A DNA stretch of 64,000 nucleotides, from NCBI GenBank assembly GCA_026692905.1, contig JAPLNL010000029.1, forward strand, positions 138,191-202,190, read 5' to 3'. Made by a program: the position numbers and the translations under genes. The DNA comes from Planctomycetota bacterium (GTDB lineage: Bacteria > Planctomycetota > Planctomycetia > Pirellulales > Pirellulaceae). The notes beneath the pieces are model-generated. The model saw nothing but the letters and a program-made list of their open reading frames with translations. It was not told the DNA's origin and searched no databases. Of this stretch, positions 27,793 through 37,802 are shown in pieces (position 1 is the stretch's first letter; each line of letters starts with the position of its first letter).

Positions 27793-30700
27793 ATGATGAG
27801 AACGCCCACGTCTGCTATTGGTTTGAAATGCATTCCATTGGCTTTGTCGTGCTTGTTTGTTTTGACTGCGGAGTCTCTTTGCCAAGAGCCTGAGGTTCAG
27901 ATTCGCAAGGAAAGACGGAGCGGACCACCTGGCGCGAATCCAGTCGCTCCAGGCCTTGTACCGGGCCAAAATGCACCAACCACTCCAGGCGCTCCAGGTG
28001 AGGTAAAGCCTGATGTGAAGCCGGGCGAAGAAAAACCACCAGAGAGCGGCCGGGCAGAGCCTGTCAAACGAAAAAGCGAACCACCCGAGGCGCCGAACAA
28101 ACGGGAATTTGACATTCGTCCCGATGACCAAGGAATGGTGCAATTCCAGTTTCGCAACCAAGCTTGGCCCGATCTGATGCGTTGGCTGTCCGAAGTATCC
28201 GGTATGTCTTTGGACTGGCAAGAGTTGCCAGGGGACTATATCAATCTCGCGACCCAGCGAAAATATTCCCTTGAGGAAACGCGAGACATTGTCAATCGAC
28301 ATCTGCTCGCCCGTGGTTTTACGATGCTGGAGTCCGACGGAATCATTCAGGTAGTGAAGACCAAAGGGATCAATACCGCGCAGGTTCCCAAAGTTGATCC
28401 GTCGAAACTTGCATCGCTACCACCGCATCGGTTCGTTCGTGTCTCTTTTTCTCTGAGCACCTTGGTTGCCACAGAGGTAGTGACAGAACTCAAGTCGTTG
28501 ATTAGCGTAAACGGGGAGCTAAACGCGTTGGCTGCCACGAATCGATTGGAAGCGATGGACACTGTTGCGAATCTGTCGGAACTGAATCGAGTCTTGGACG
28601 AGGAGCAATCGCAGGCGACACTCGAGGGACTTGCTCGCGAGTTTGTATTGGAGTTTGTACGCGCCAATGACGCGAAAGACCAACTAAGGCAGTTTTTGGG
28701 ACTGGAAACTCCAAAACGAACAGCGCCGATGTCACCTGAAGAGCAGCAGGCCGCTGCGATGCAGCAACAAATGATGATGCAGCAACAGCAGCAAAGGCAG
28801 CAACAGGGAATGCCCGCACCATCCAAGCCAAAAGACAAAGGGGATATTTATCTTGTCGCCAATTTGAGACGCAACAGCGTTATCGCGTCGGCGCCACCCG
28901 ACAAGATGGCCATTATCGCCGCATTTGTAAAACGTATCGATGTTCCCAATGATAGCGCTGATTCAATGCAGATGCTCGAGTCTAGGATCAAAGTCTATCG
29001 CCTTAGCTCACTGGACCCCAAGCAGTTGGTCGCGTCTCTTTTATCTATGGATGTTCTTGAACCGACGACGCGACTGGAAGTCGACGAAAAGAACAAATCG
29101 ATTATCGCCCACGCATCTATCGCGGATCAATACGCGATTCAGCAAACGATCAAACGATTGGATGGTTCCGCACGCGACGTCGATGTGATCCAGCTCCGGC
29201 GCCTGCGAGCGGAGGACGTTGTAGGGACAATTAAGTTCTTAATGGGGAATGAAGAAAAGAAAGACGACAGCAATTCGCGTCGAAATTGGGGGTACGATCC
29301 ATGGGGAAACAATACCAAAAAAGAGACTTCAACAGATGCATTCCGGGTTGCCGCCAATTCGCAAGATAACCAAGTCCTTATTTGGGCGAACGAGTTAGAG
29401 CGTTCCGAGGTACAGAAGCTCTTGATCAAATTAGGGGAATTGCCGCCAACGGGTGGCAATGCGAGTCGAGTACGGGTCATCGATGCGAACCGCTCAAGGG
29501 ACACAAAAGAGTACCTGGAGCGATTGCAAAAAGCTTGGAGCAAGATCTCGCCGGCACCATTGGTTCTCCCAGGCGAAGAACAATTTGAACCTGCGGATGC
29601 AAAAAAATCCCCTGCGGCAGATGTTCCAAACCCGGATAATGAAAACGCAAAATCGCCACGCGATCCGAAAGCAAATGCCAAGGATGTGACATTGCAAGAT
29701 TCGTCCTCGGACATAGGTGTTCCGTCGGGTTACTTGTCGGGTCTGTTGCAAAGTCCCGCAGATCAAAGTCCTACGGATGACGAGAAAACAATCGCAAATG
29801 TGGCACGGCAATCCAACGGGAAGACGGTGGTCAATCCGGATGCCACGGATAACCGAGCAACTGACACTCCAAAGAGTTCCGGTTCGCCAATTCAAATTTC
29901 GTTTGACGAACGAGGGAATCTTGTCCTCACGGGCGACGACACCGAAGCGTTGAGCCGGCTCGAGCAAATGATGATCACCAATCAACCTCCGCAGAGGAGT
30001 CACGAGGTCTATTACATTAAGAATACACGACCTAGCTGGATCGAAATGAATCTTCGAGACTACTACAAAGAGGAAAAAAAGAATGACTCCAACGATGCCT
30101 TCCGCTGGATTTTCGGAATAGACGGTCCGTCCGACAAAAAGAATGATGACCCACAGTTAGGAAAAAAACGGAAGCTCAAGTTTCTTTCTGACAACGATAC
30201 CAGTTCCTTGATCGTGATAGGAGCCGACGATGTGCAGCTTAAGACCATCGAAGAGCTGATTCGAGTATGGGACGTTCCGGAGAAAGCGAACAAGAATCGT
30301 TTTCGATACACGAAACTAATGCATATCGAATACTCAAGCCCAGAGGGCATTGTCGAGGCGATTAAAGAGGCATATCGCGACTTGCTCAGTTCGACAGACA
30401 AGACGTTTGAAAAAGAGAAGTCAAGCAGCGGCCCTGGAGGAGTAACCGAAGCCAAACGTGGAGTATCGTCGGATTCCATTGCCGACGGCGCCATGAACTT
30501 CACTTTCAATGGTCGATTGTCGATGGGGGTCGATAAGATCACTAAGACGATCATCGTCACCGCAGAAGGTGAGGACTTATTGAAATTGGTCTGCGAAATG
30601 ATTACGCAGTTGGACGAGGCCGCTAAGCCTACTGGTTCGATCGAGGTCATTAAACTGGATGGGGCGAACGGAGCTGCGATGGAAAAGGCTCTCATGGCCT

Positions 30701-30846
30701 TGGCAAAAGCCAATGGCAAAGAGGTCCAGAACGGCGACCCGAACCAACAGCAACAGAATCAGCAACAGCAGCAAATGCAAAACCAGCAACAGCAGAACGG
30801 CAACGGCCAGGCACCTAATTCGTCCCGCAACGGACGAAAAAGGTAG
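27793..30846 (+). CDS. Secreted protein with a secretin N0-like domain, several NolW-like secretin-N repeats and a Q/N-rich tail, but no secretin pore domain
   Basis: N0-like block QFQFRNQAWPDLMRWLSEVSGMSLDWQELPGDYINLATQ...GIIQVV; repeated blocks of the form V..L...........V..D...NSLIV.A....I..LD; the C-terminus is poly-Q/N. Confidence 0.55.
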   Translation: MMRTPTSAIGLKCIPLALSCLFVLTAESLCQEPEVQIRKERRSGPPGANPVAPGLVPGQNAPTTPGAPGEVKPDVKPGEEKPPESGRAEPVKRKSEPPEAPNKREFDIRPDDQGMVQFQFRNQAWPDLMRWLSEVSGMSLDWQELPGDYINLATQRKYSLEETRDIVNRHLLARGFTMLESDGIIQVVKTKGINTAQVPKVDPSKLASLPPHRFVRVSFSLSTLVATEVVTELKSLISVNGELNALAATNRLEAMDTVANLSELNRVLDEEQSQATLEGLAREFVLEFVRANDAKDQLRQFLGLETPKRTAPMSPEEQQAAAMQQQMMMQQQQQRQQQGMPAPSKPKDKGDIYLVANLRRNSVIASAPPDKMAIIAAFVKRIDVPNDSADSMQMLESRIKVYRLSSLDPKQLVASLLSMDVLEPTTRLEVDEKNKSIIAHASIADQYAIQQTIKRLDGSARDVDVIQLRRLRAEDVVGTIKFLMGNEEKKDDSNSRRNWGYDPWGNNTKKETSTDAFRVAANSQDNQVLIWANELERSEVQKLLIKLGELPPTGGNASRVRVIDANRSRDTKEYLERLQKAWSKISPAPLVLPGEEQFEPADAKKSPAADVPNPDNENAKSPRDPKANAKDVTLQDSSSDIGVPSGYLSGLLQSPADQSPTDDEKTIANVARQSNGKTVVNPDATDNRATDTPKSSGSPIQISFDERGNLVLTGDDTEALSRLEQMMITNQPPQRSHEVYYIKNTRPSWIEMNLRDYYKEEKKNDSNDAFRWIFGIDGPSDKKNDDPQLGKKRKLKFLSDNDTSSLIVIGADDVQLKTIEELIRVWDVPEKANKNRFRYTKLMHIEYSSPEGIVEAIKEAYRDLLSSTDKTFEKEKSSSGPGGVTEAKRGVSSDSIADGAMNFTFNGRLSMGVDKITKTIIVTAEGEDLLKLVCEMITQLDEAAKPTGSIEVIKLDGANGAAMEKALMALAKANGKEVQNGDPNQQQQNQQQQQMQNQQQQNGNGQAPNSSRNGRKR

Positions 30847-30916
30847 CTGGATTCGTAAGAATTCCGTTGGCTTCGAATTCTCACGAATTCTGCTATGGTT
30901 CATTCCGCCACTCGCC

Positions 30917-33085
30917 TTACGGCTGTTTGCTCCCGGCCCTTGACTGTTCGCGAGTCAGCGTTGATGAGATGCTATCCAGCGCACTCTTGCTCATGCGATC
31001 CGAGAATTGCCTTAAAGTGTCTAGCTCCGCATGGTCGCTGGTCGCCCATCCGGTTTTCTCGGCGACGAGCAGTTCCAAAAGCGTTCCAAACATTCCTGAG
31101 GCAAGCGGAGTCCCGTCACCCCCTTGAGCCCCCGACACAAAGAGTCGATCTGGTACGAGGGGCTGTTGGCTATTCGATAGTTTTGCCGCAACTTCTTGCA
31201 AAGCATACAAACGCGGATCTCCGAAGGAGCCTATTTTCTTGAGTAGGACCGCGGCTTCGGACAAACCGATTTGCATGATTTTCTGACTTTCACCTCGGCC
31301 TGCCAACATGCGTTGTTGGCTGTCTGCTTCGGCCAAGAGAACGGTTTGTTCGGCTTCACGTCGGGAGCGTTCTAATTCCGCATCTGCCATCACAATCGTT
31401 TGCTGCGCGGATTTTCGAGCGCGAGCCAATATCGCTTCACCTTCGCTGTCGGCGATACGTGCCTGGACTTCGGCGTTGGTGAGGGCTGTTTGGCGTTCGG
31501 CTTGAGCCTCGGCAGCATTCAACTCCTGGAGCTTTTGTGCAGCCAGCTTGCGTCGTTCGAAAGTTTCAAGTTGTTCGCTGGACAACTGTCGTTGCCGCAG
31601 TTGCTCCAGAAGTGTCTCGATTTTGTCGTCGCCGGGTGCATGGACCGGTTTGCCTATCAAAACATCGACGCATTCGATATCGAAAGCACGAAACTTGTCA
31701 CGAAGTTCTTCTCTGGCTTCTCTTTGGATTTGGTCTCGCTCATGGAGCAAGCCAAGCATGGTCTTGGTATGCGCCACGTCTCGAAAGAAGGCGCTCAACA
31801 TCGGATCGATGGTTTGCGTAATCAGTTTCTTGACGTCACCGAATCGCTGGATAACACTAGGAGCCCGTTCGTAGTCGATGTGAACGACCACGCTCAGCGG
31901 CAAGAGCGGTTCATAAGCGTCTTTGGTTACCAAGTCGATAGAACGAAGGCTTTCATCGTATTTGTGCGATTCCGATCGACCGGTTATCCAGTGAAGGACA
32001 AAATTGGTCGTTGGGACAGCGACGATGCTGCCTGCATAGCGATTGAAAGCGTACTTGCCTGGGCCGAGGGTTTTTTTCCAAACCCCTTTTTCTCCAGGGG
32101 CCACTTGTTCACCGTGACGGAAGCCCGCACCGGAAACGTCGTCGCCACAACGGCCAACATAGCTAACCACAACCCCTACGTATCCGATTGGGATTACGGT
32201 TTTTGGATTCATCTCCACGGTCGCGAACCATCTGTTGATGAAGTAGGTACCATCGGTCAGAGTTAGGTACTGACGACCGCGTCGACCGCCCGCTGACAAA
32301 AACGCTTCTGCATCTTGGAAGTTGTTGTGAAAGTGTTCCGAGTTCGAATCGCTCCCCACAATCGGCGCGATAATCTCATCAGGTGGCAAAGACGGGCCGT
32401 CGTGGACCGTAATGACACCGATGGAATCCACCGATGTCGATTGATCGGGTTCGGGAGCATCATCGCTTTGCATGAGTGAACCGATAACGATCGGAACAAA
32501 GCCTCCGATGTCGGCCAATTCGTCGCGATACTGCTCCAGTGTAGCGATCTCTTTTCTCGATTGGATCGCGTGGAGCGAGTAGACTTTCTCGTCGGTGATG
32601 ACGACAAATAGGGCAGGGTTTATCGCATAAACCCCCTCACGCAAAATGGCTCTTTGTCGTCCTCGTTGACCTGAGGCAAGAAACAAACGCGCATCTTGAA
32701 ATGAGTTGCACTCAACGCTTCGGCCAAGCGTTTGGCTGGATGCGAGCGGTTGCCCGTCTCTTGCGTATACATAACCAATCTTGCCTTGCGAAATGGTGAC
32801 CAGCGGTGCGCGATGAACGCGATATTGCCATCGCCAATATCCGAAGTGAACACCACCGCGAAGCAGTTCGGATTGAAAGCCGGCTTCATTCTGTAGGGAG
32901 ATGATTCCCCCTTCGGGAATAGAGCCGGTGCCTGACCATAGCTTTTCGACGACCCCAACGGAGTTGTTGGGTATATAACGAAAGCTAAGCCATGCGGCGA
33001 AGAGGGCGATTGCCTTCAAAACGAGAATCGTGAAGACCGAAAACGCAAACCAAGTGGTTTGCCCGAACAAGACGTACATAGCCAT
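30917..33085 (-). CDS. Flotillin-like SPFH/Band-7 protein, N-terminal TM, long EA-rich coiled coil
   Basis: SPFH core and coiled-coil run EAQAERQTALTNAEVQARIADSEGEAILARARKSAQQ... Confidence 0.7.
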   Translation of the reverse strand: MAMYVLFGQTTWFAFSVFTILVLKAIALFAAWLSFRYIPNNSVGVVEKLWSGTGSIPEGGIISLQNEAGFQSELLRGGVHFGYWRWQYRVHRAPLVTISQGKIGYVYARDGQPLASSQTLGRSVECNSFQDARLFLASGQRGRQRAILREGVYAINPALFVVITDEKVYSLHAIQSRKEIATLEQYRDELADIGGFVPIVIGSLMQSDDAPEPDQSTSVDSIGVITVHDGPSLPPDEIIAPIVGSDSNSEHFHNNFQDAEAFLSAGGRRGRQYLTLTDGTYFINRWFATVEMNPKTVIPIGYVGVVVSYVGRCGDDVSGAGFRHGEQVAPGEKGVWKKTLGPGKYAFNRYAGSIVAVPTTNFVLHWITGRSESHKYDESLRSIDLVTKDAYEPLLPLSVVVHIDYERAPSVIQRFGDVKKLITQTIDPMLSAFFRDVAHTKTMLGLLHERDQIQREAREELRDKFRAFDIECVDVLIGKPVHAPGDDKIETLLEQLRQRQLSSEQLETFERRKLAAQKLQELNAAEAQAERQTALTNAEVQARIADSEGEAILARARKSAQQTIVMADAELERSRREAEQTVLLAEADSQQRMLAGRGESQKIMQIGLSEAAVLLKKIGSFGDPRLYALQEVAAKLSNSQQPLVPDRLFVSGAQGGDGTPLASGMFGTLLELLVAEKTGWATSDHAELDTLRQFSDRMSKSALDSISSTLTREQSRAGSKQP

Positions 33086-33650
33086 GGGCTACCTCCAATC
33101 GGGAGCAGCTCGATCCGCACTCAAATAGAAACAATCTAAGAACGAAGAATGGTGTTCTGCGCGAGTCAGCTAGATAAAATAGAACTGAGTTCGAGCATTT
33201 GCATTCCTGCACTCAGCTCGAATCAAAATTGTGTGTTCATCGAAACAGCTCAACAATGATGCACTAGCTTGTTCCGTAGAACTGCTTTCCATGATTGCAA
33301 GAACATCTTGCGATCGGCCGACGAGGTTAGCTGACGGGCTGGGATTGGAATAATCCTGGCGTCGTAATCGACACCTAAGCCCCAGTGCGTACCATTGAAC
33401 CGAAATTCAACGCCGCACGATTGGTTCCCCCGCACGATTCTTCGGTATTTTCCATCGAATCGACTAGGCTGTGCACATACGATTAACTCTACACGCTATT
33501 TCGCGTTCGACAAGTCGAGCACTGAGAAATGCGGACGTAACTTGATTGACAGGAACGAGTTACGCAATTGTTGGATTCTCGTTTTGTTGCAAAGCCATTG
33601 CCGCCACCTAAACTGCGAAGCAGTGGTATTGGATGGCCACGGACGCACCT

Positions 33651-34823
33651 TCAGCCCACGGTCAATTCTGGTTGTTTGCCGTAAAGTGACACTTCCTCAC
33701 CGACCGTCCACTCTTGGAAGTTGTCAGGGTTTCGGTGAATGTGATGATAAACCGTGTCTCTTTCGACCGGTTCTCTTCCTGCTTCGTTAATCAATTGCTT
33801 CATTTGCTCAACAGTTAGCATTTCAGGAGTCGTGGCTCCTGCATCATGATAGATCAGTTCGTGCCGAACAGTGCCGTCGATATCATCGGCACCGTAGGCG
33901 AGCGCTGTTTGCGCCGTGCCAATTCCGAGCATGATCCAATACGCCTTCATGTGCGGGACATTGTCGAGCATCAATCGGCAGACAGCCATGGTTCGCAGAT
34001 CCATCAAGGCCGATGGTTTTTTGAGATGCGACAGCTTGGTGTTTTCGGGATGAAAGGCGAGTGGAATGAATGTTTGAAATCCGCCTGTTTTGTCTTGGAG
34101 ATCCCGCAATCGCAACAGGTGATCGATGCGATGGTAAGCTTGCTCAACGTGTCCGTAGAGCATCGTGCAATTGGTCTTCAGACCGACCTCATGAGCCGCT
34201 TGGTGAATTTCGAGCCATTTGTGCGAGTTGGCTTTGTGTTCGCACAGTTGATCACGCACTTCAGGATGAAAAATCTCAGCGCCGCCACCGGGCATACTAC
34301 CAAGCCCAGCCGACCTCAAATCTTGCAAAATCTCCTTCGATGTCATCTTGGTCAAGAATTCGAACCAGTTGATTTCAACGGCGGTCCAACCTTTGAGGTG
34401 CAGTTTCGGATAGGCGTTGTGCAGCTTTTCGATGATGCCTCGGTACCAGTCGTAGCCAAGCTTATGATGAAGACCACCAACGATGTGCATTTCAGTGCAT
34501 CCGTTATCGACGGCTTCTTGTCCTCGGTGCAGGATCTGCTCGTCGCTCATGGCATAACCTTTAGGGTCGCGTAGATCGGACCGGAAAGCACAGAAGCGGC
34601 AGCGGTAGACGCAGACGTTGGTCGGGTTTAAGTGGGTATTGATGTTATAGTAGCCGACGTTGCCGTTGATCTTCTCGCGAACGTAGTTTGCAAGCTGACC
34701 TACTTCATGCAGTGGTACTTCGGGTGAGTAGAGGAAAACCCCGTCGTCCATGTTGAGTCGACCACCTTGTTCCACTTTGTCTCGGATGGAACGCAATCGG
34801 TCTTTAACGTTGAGGTTGTTCAT
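33651..34823 (-). CDS. Radical-SAM menaquinone (futalosine pathway) enzyme, MqnC/MqnE type
   Basis: CxxxCxxC cluster CVYRCRFCAF. The family assignment also leans on the ubiA-ubiX-ubiE genes lying immediately downstream on the same strand. Confidence 0.7.
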   Translation of the reverse strand: MNNLNVKDRLRSIRDKVEQGGRLNMDDGVFLYSPEVPLHEVGQLANYVREKINGNVGYYNINTHLNPTNVCVYRCRFCAFRSDLRDPKGYAMSDEQILHRGQEAVDNGCTEMHIVGGLHHKLGYDWYRGIIEKLHNAYPKLHLKGWTAVEINWFEFLTKMTSKEILQDLRSAGLGSMPGGGAEIFHPEVRDQLCEHKANSHKWLEIHQAAHEVGLKTNCTMLYGHVEQAYHRIDHLLRLRDLQDKTGGFQTFIPLAFHPENTKLSHLKKPSALMDLRTMAVCRLMLDNVPHMKAYWIMLGIGTAQTALAYGADDIDGTVRHELIYHDAGATTPEMLTVEQMKQLINEAGREPVERDTVYHHIHRNPDNFQEWTVGEEVSLYGKQPELTVG

Positions 34824-34871
34824 GGTTTGTCGGGCCCTTCCGGACCATTAAACGTGAAAGTGATTTGAAAT

Positions 34872-35828
34872 TTATCTGAGGTAAGCGTCGACGGTTCCCA
34901 CGATGAGAAACAGGACGCTGATGATGGAGTTGAGTTGGAAAAAAGCAAGTTGCATGCGAGACAGGTTTTTCTCGGAAATCACACTGTGCTCGTAGATCAG
35001 CAAAAAGCCTACCACGACCAAGGCTGCCCGGAAAAGCCAGCCTAGAGATAACTCGGGCAAAACGAAACTGATGGCCAACGCGACGCACCACATGGCCGCG
35101 TGGCAAGTCGCTGCAACTCGCAAGGCATTGCGGACTCCAAGCCAAGCTGGAACGCTAAACAATCCGGCTTTACGGTCGTATTCGACATCCTGACATGAGT
35201 AGATGATATCGAAGCCAGACACCCACAACAGCACCACACAGCCCAACGCGACCGCCGGCAGAATATCCAATGGATTGTTTTGAACGCTCTCTCCTCGCAA
35301 CGCAATCCAAGCACAAATCGGAGCCAGCATCAATGCAATGCCCAACCAAAAGTGGACGAGGTTGGTAAATCGCTTAGCAAGACTATATCCCGCCAAAAAA
35401 GCCAAAACGGGAAGACTTAGCAATAAGGGCAGAGTATTCGGCAGGAACAAGCAACAGGATATCAAGAATACCACAACACATCCGAAGCTGAAACAAACAA
35501 CGCTTGTTCTACTCAAGAGCTTGGCCGGCAAGTGGCGGGTCGCAGTTCGCGGATTCTCGCCATCCCAGCGGTGGTCGAACAGTCGGTTCATGGCCATCGC
35601 AAAGCTGCGAGCCGCCACCATGCAGAGAACGATCCCGAACAGCGATCGCCGTTGAAACGGCAAGTTGCTACCCGTATCACTCAGTGGCACTAAATAAGCC
35701 CAAGCGGTGGCGAGCAACGCAAATGGCAATGCGAAAATGGTATGGCTGAACCGAATCAAATGCATGAAATGCTTTGAGGTAGCCAACCAACCCTCATTCT
35801 TGGAATCAACGGCAGAGGCAACGCTCAT
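34872..35828 (-). CDS. UbiA-family prenyltransferase (MqnP-like)
   Basis: Polytopic membrane protein with a UbiA-type N-terminal region. Confidence 0.8.
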   Translation of the reverse strand: MSVASAVDSKNEGWLATSKHFMHLIRFSHTIFALPFALLATAWAYLVPLSDTGSNLPFQRRSLFGIVLCMVAARSFAMAMNRLFDHRWDGENPRTATRHLPAKLLSRTSVVCFSFGCVVVFLISCCLFLPNTLPLLLSLPVLAFLAGYSLAKRFTNLVHFWLGIALMLAPICAWIALRGESVQNNPLDILPAVALGCVVLLWVSGFDIIYSCQDVEYDRKAGLFSVPAWLGVRNALRVAATCHAAMWCVALAISFVLPELSLGWLFRAALVVVGFLLIYEHSVISEKNLSRMQLAFFQLNSIISVLFLIVGTVDAYLR

Positions 35829-36517
35829 TCGACGGCTCCGATTGGATTCTCACTCCATCTTTCCATGAGTGTGTTGGGGACTTGAAGGTGATCCAAGATC
35901 CGAGCGACTACAAAATCGATCAAATCAACGACCGAGGTCACGTTGTGATACCAGCCCGGCATGGCGGGCAACACAATTGCTCCAGCTTGAGCGGCGCGAT
36001 GCATGTTTTCAAGTTGAAAAACCGACATCGGAGTTTCACGCGGGACAAGAATCAGCTTGCGATGTTCCTTTAAGTGAACGTCTGCAGCGCGTTGGATCAG
36101 GTTGTTGCCAGCGGCATGTACTACTCCAGAAAGCGTTGCACCCGAGCATGGACAAATTACCATGCCTCGTGTCAAGAACGAACCGCTCGCGATCGGCGTC
36201 ATGTAGTCTTGGTAGTCGTGCAAAGTAACATGGTCCATAGCCTTGGCAACTTGATCAGCTGTCCATGGAGTCCATTGGTGTTGAGTAGCGGCGTCAGGCC
36301 AGCAATAGCGCAACAGCGAATCGATGCGGTCTCGTTTGGAGCCCAAGTCTAGCTTCAACTCTTGGTGGATAACGGTAGCAGCCGAGGGGCTCAGAACGAG
36401 ATGCACTGGCACTTGAGCTTGGCATAAGCACTGAAGCAATCGAACAGCATAGACAGCACCACTCGCACCGGTCATCGCCAGGACGAGAGGAAACTCGGAA
36501 TTTGGTTTTGCGTTCAT
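35825..36517 (-). CDS. ubiX: Flavin prenyltransferase UbiX/Pad1
   Basis: VLAMTGASGAVYAVRLL flavoprotein fold; length typical of UbiX. Confidence 0.85.
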   Translation of the reverse strand: MNAKPNSEFPLVLAMTGASGAVYAVRLLQCLCQAQVPVHLVLSPSAATVIHQELKLDLGSKRDRIDSLLRYCWPDAATQHQWTPWTADQVAKAMDHVTLHDYQDYMTPIASGSFLTRGMVICPCSGATLSGVVHAAGNNLIQRAADVHLKEHRKLILVPRETPMSVFQLENMHRAAQAGAIVLPAMPGWYHNVTSVVDLIDFVVARILDHLQVPNTLMERWSENPIGAVE

Positions 36518-37272
36518 TTGGTACCAATGTACAAGGTTACGACCCCAAAGGTCATGGGCACCATTTTGATATCCGTCAGTTCCGCTTGACGCATCACGTT
36601 TGCCAGCGCTTCGCCGCTAGGAAACTCTTGCACACTTTGCGGCAAGTAATCATAGGCAGACTGCTTGTTTTTTGACATGCTCTGACCGACGCGAGGGAGG
36701 ATCGACTTGAAGTACGCGTTGTAAACGTGTCGAAGTCCGAACACGGTGGGCTTGGAGAACTCGAGAACGGCAATCCGGCCTCCTGGTTTGCAGACGCGTC
36801 TCATTTCCGAAAGCCCTTGTTCCGTGACAGCCACATTTCGAAGGCCGAAGGCGACCGTGACTGCCTGAAAGTGATTGTCGGGAAAAGGCAATTCTTGCGT
36901 GTCCGCTTCGATGAAGTCCACCTTGTCGTAACCTGGGAGTTTTTTGGCCTGCTTTTTTCTAGCGATCTGAAGCATTTCAACGCAGAAGTCACTACCGACG
37001 ATTTGGGTTTCTTTCCCAAGGGATTGAGCCATGGCCAGAGTCAGGTCACCGGTTCCAGTGCAAACGTCGAGAATCGGTTCGCCAGGGCTCAGGCCCAGGA
37101 TTCGAATGGTTCTTGCCCGCCAGAGCCGGTCGATGTTCAACGACAAAACGTGGTTCATTAAGTCGTATTTGGGTGCGATTTCGGCAAACATTTGTCGCAC
37201 TCGGTCGCCGGACTTGTCAAGCATTTTGGATGGAATATCAATTGGATTGAGGGGTGTTTTTGCGAAGCTCAT
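36514..37272 (-). CDS. ubiE: Demethylmenaquinone/ubiquinone methyltransferase
   Basis: SAM-binding motif LDVCTGTGD; UbiE N-terminal region ...FAEIAPKYDLMNHVLSLNIDRLWR. Confidence 0.85.
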   Translation of the reverse strand: MSFAKTPLNPIDIPSKMLDKSGDRVRQMFAEIAPKYDLMNHVLSLNIDRLWRARTIRILGLSPGEPILDVCTGTGDLTLAMAQSLGKETQIVGSDFCVEMLQIARKKQAKKLPGYDKVDFIEADTQELPFPDNHFQAVTVAFGLRNVAVTEQGLSEMRRVCKPGGRIAVLEFSKPTVFGLRHVYNAYFKSILPRVGQSMSKNKQSAYDYLPQSVQEFPSGEALANVMRQAELTDIKMVPMTFGVVTLYIGTK

Positions 37273-37393
37273 AGCCGATTTCCTTGGAAAAACAAAAGCA
37301 TACGCTCTTACTGCATTTTCCCAGGAACCTTAACCATGGGCTAGCCCAATCGCTTTCACCCAGCCACGGATTTCCCTCGACTTATTCCTTACT

Positions 37394-37583
37394 CGGGAGG
37401 GCGAGGCCACCGCTGTAAACATCTTTGCAAAGTCAATTCCATTGAAAACCTTAGGGAGGGCGAGGCTCCTGCCGAGCCAACGGTGCAAAGGTTCGGCAGG
37501 AGCCTCACCCTCCCGAGCAATGAATGACTTAGGTAAACTCGTTGGAAACATGTTTACAGCGGTGAGGCAAGGCTCCTGCCGAG
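37394..37583. repeat. Composite family B element: outer inverted arms (GGGAGGGCGAGGCCACCGCTGTAAACAT / ATGTTTACAGCGGTGAGGCAAGGCTCC) enclosing a complete B hairpin
   Basis: Three B-type units in about 190 bp, immediately beside the tRNA. Confidence 0.85.
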
Positions 37584-37658
37584 CATGCGGCAACCGCGCG
37601 ATCTGACCGAATCGCTACTCCGGTAACAAAGATACCGGACATCTGGATTCATTGAAAA

Positions 37659-37732
37659 TATCCTGGGACAGGATCGAACTGTCGGCCTATTCTTTAGGAA
37701 AGAATCGCTCTATCCAACTGAGCTACCAGGAC
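37659..37732 (-). tRNA. tRNA-Arg (anticodon CCT)
   Basis: Hand-folded cloverleaf: GTCCTGG-TA-GCTC-AGTTGGATA-GAGC-G-ATTCT-TTCCTAA-AGAAT-AGGCC-GACAG-TTCGATC-CTGTC-CCAGGAT-A; G1:U72 wobble; CCA not encoded. Confidence 0.8.
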
Positions 37733-37802
37733 ATTTCCTAGGCTGCCTTGACGACAACCAAAGGGATTTGGATTGTAACTTGATTTGTGTTTGAGGAAAA
37801 CC

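Noticed and set aside
31400-32266. 288-aa plus-strand ORF.
   Set aside because: Antisense within the flotillin gene, which has a clear SPFH domain and coiled coil. No motif was recognised.
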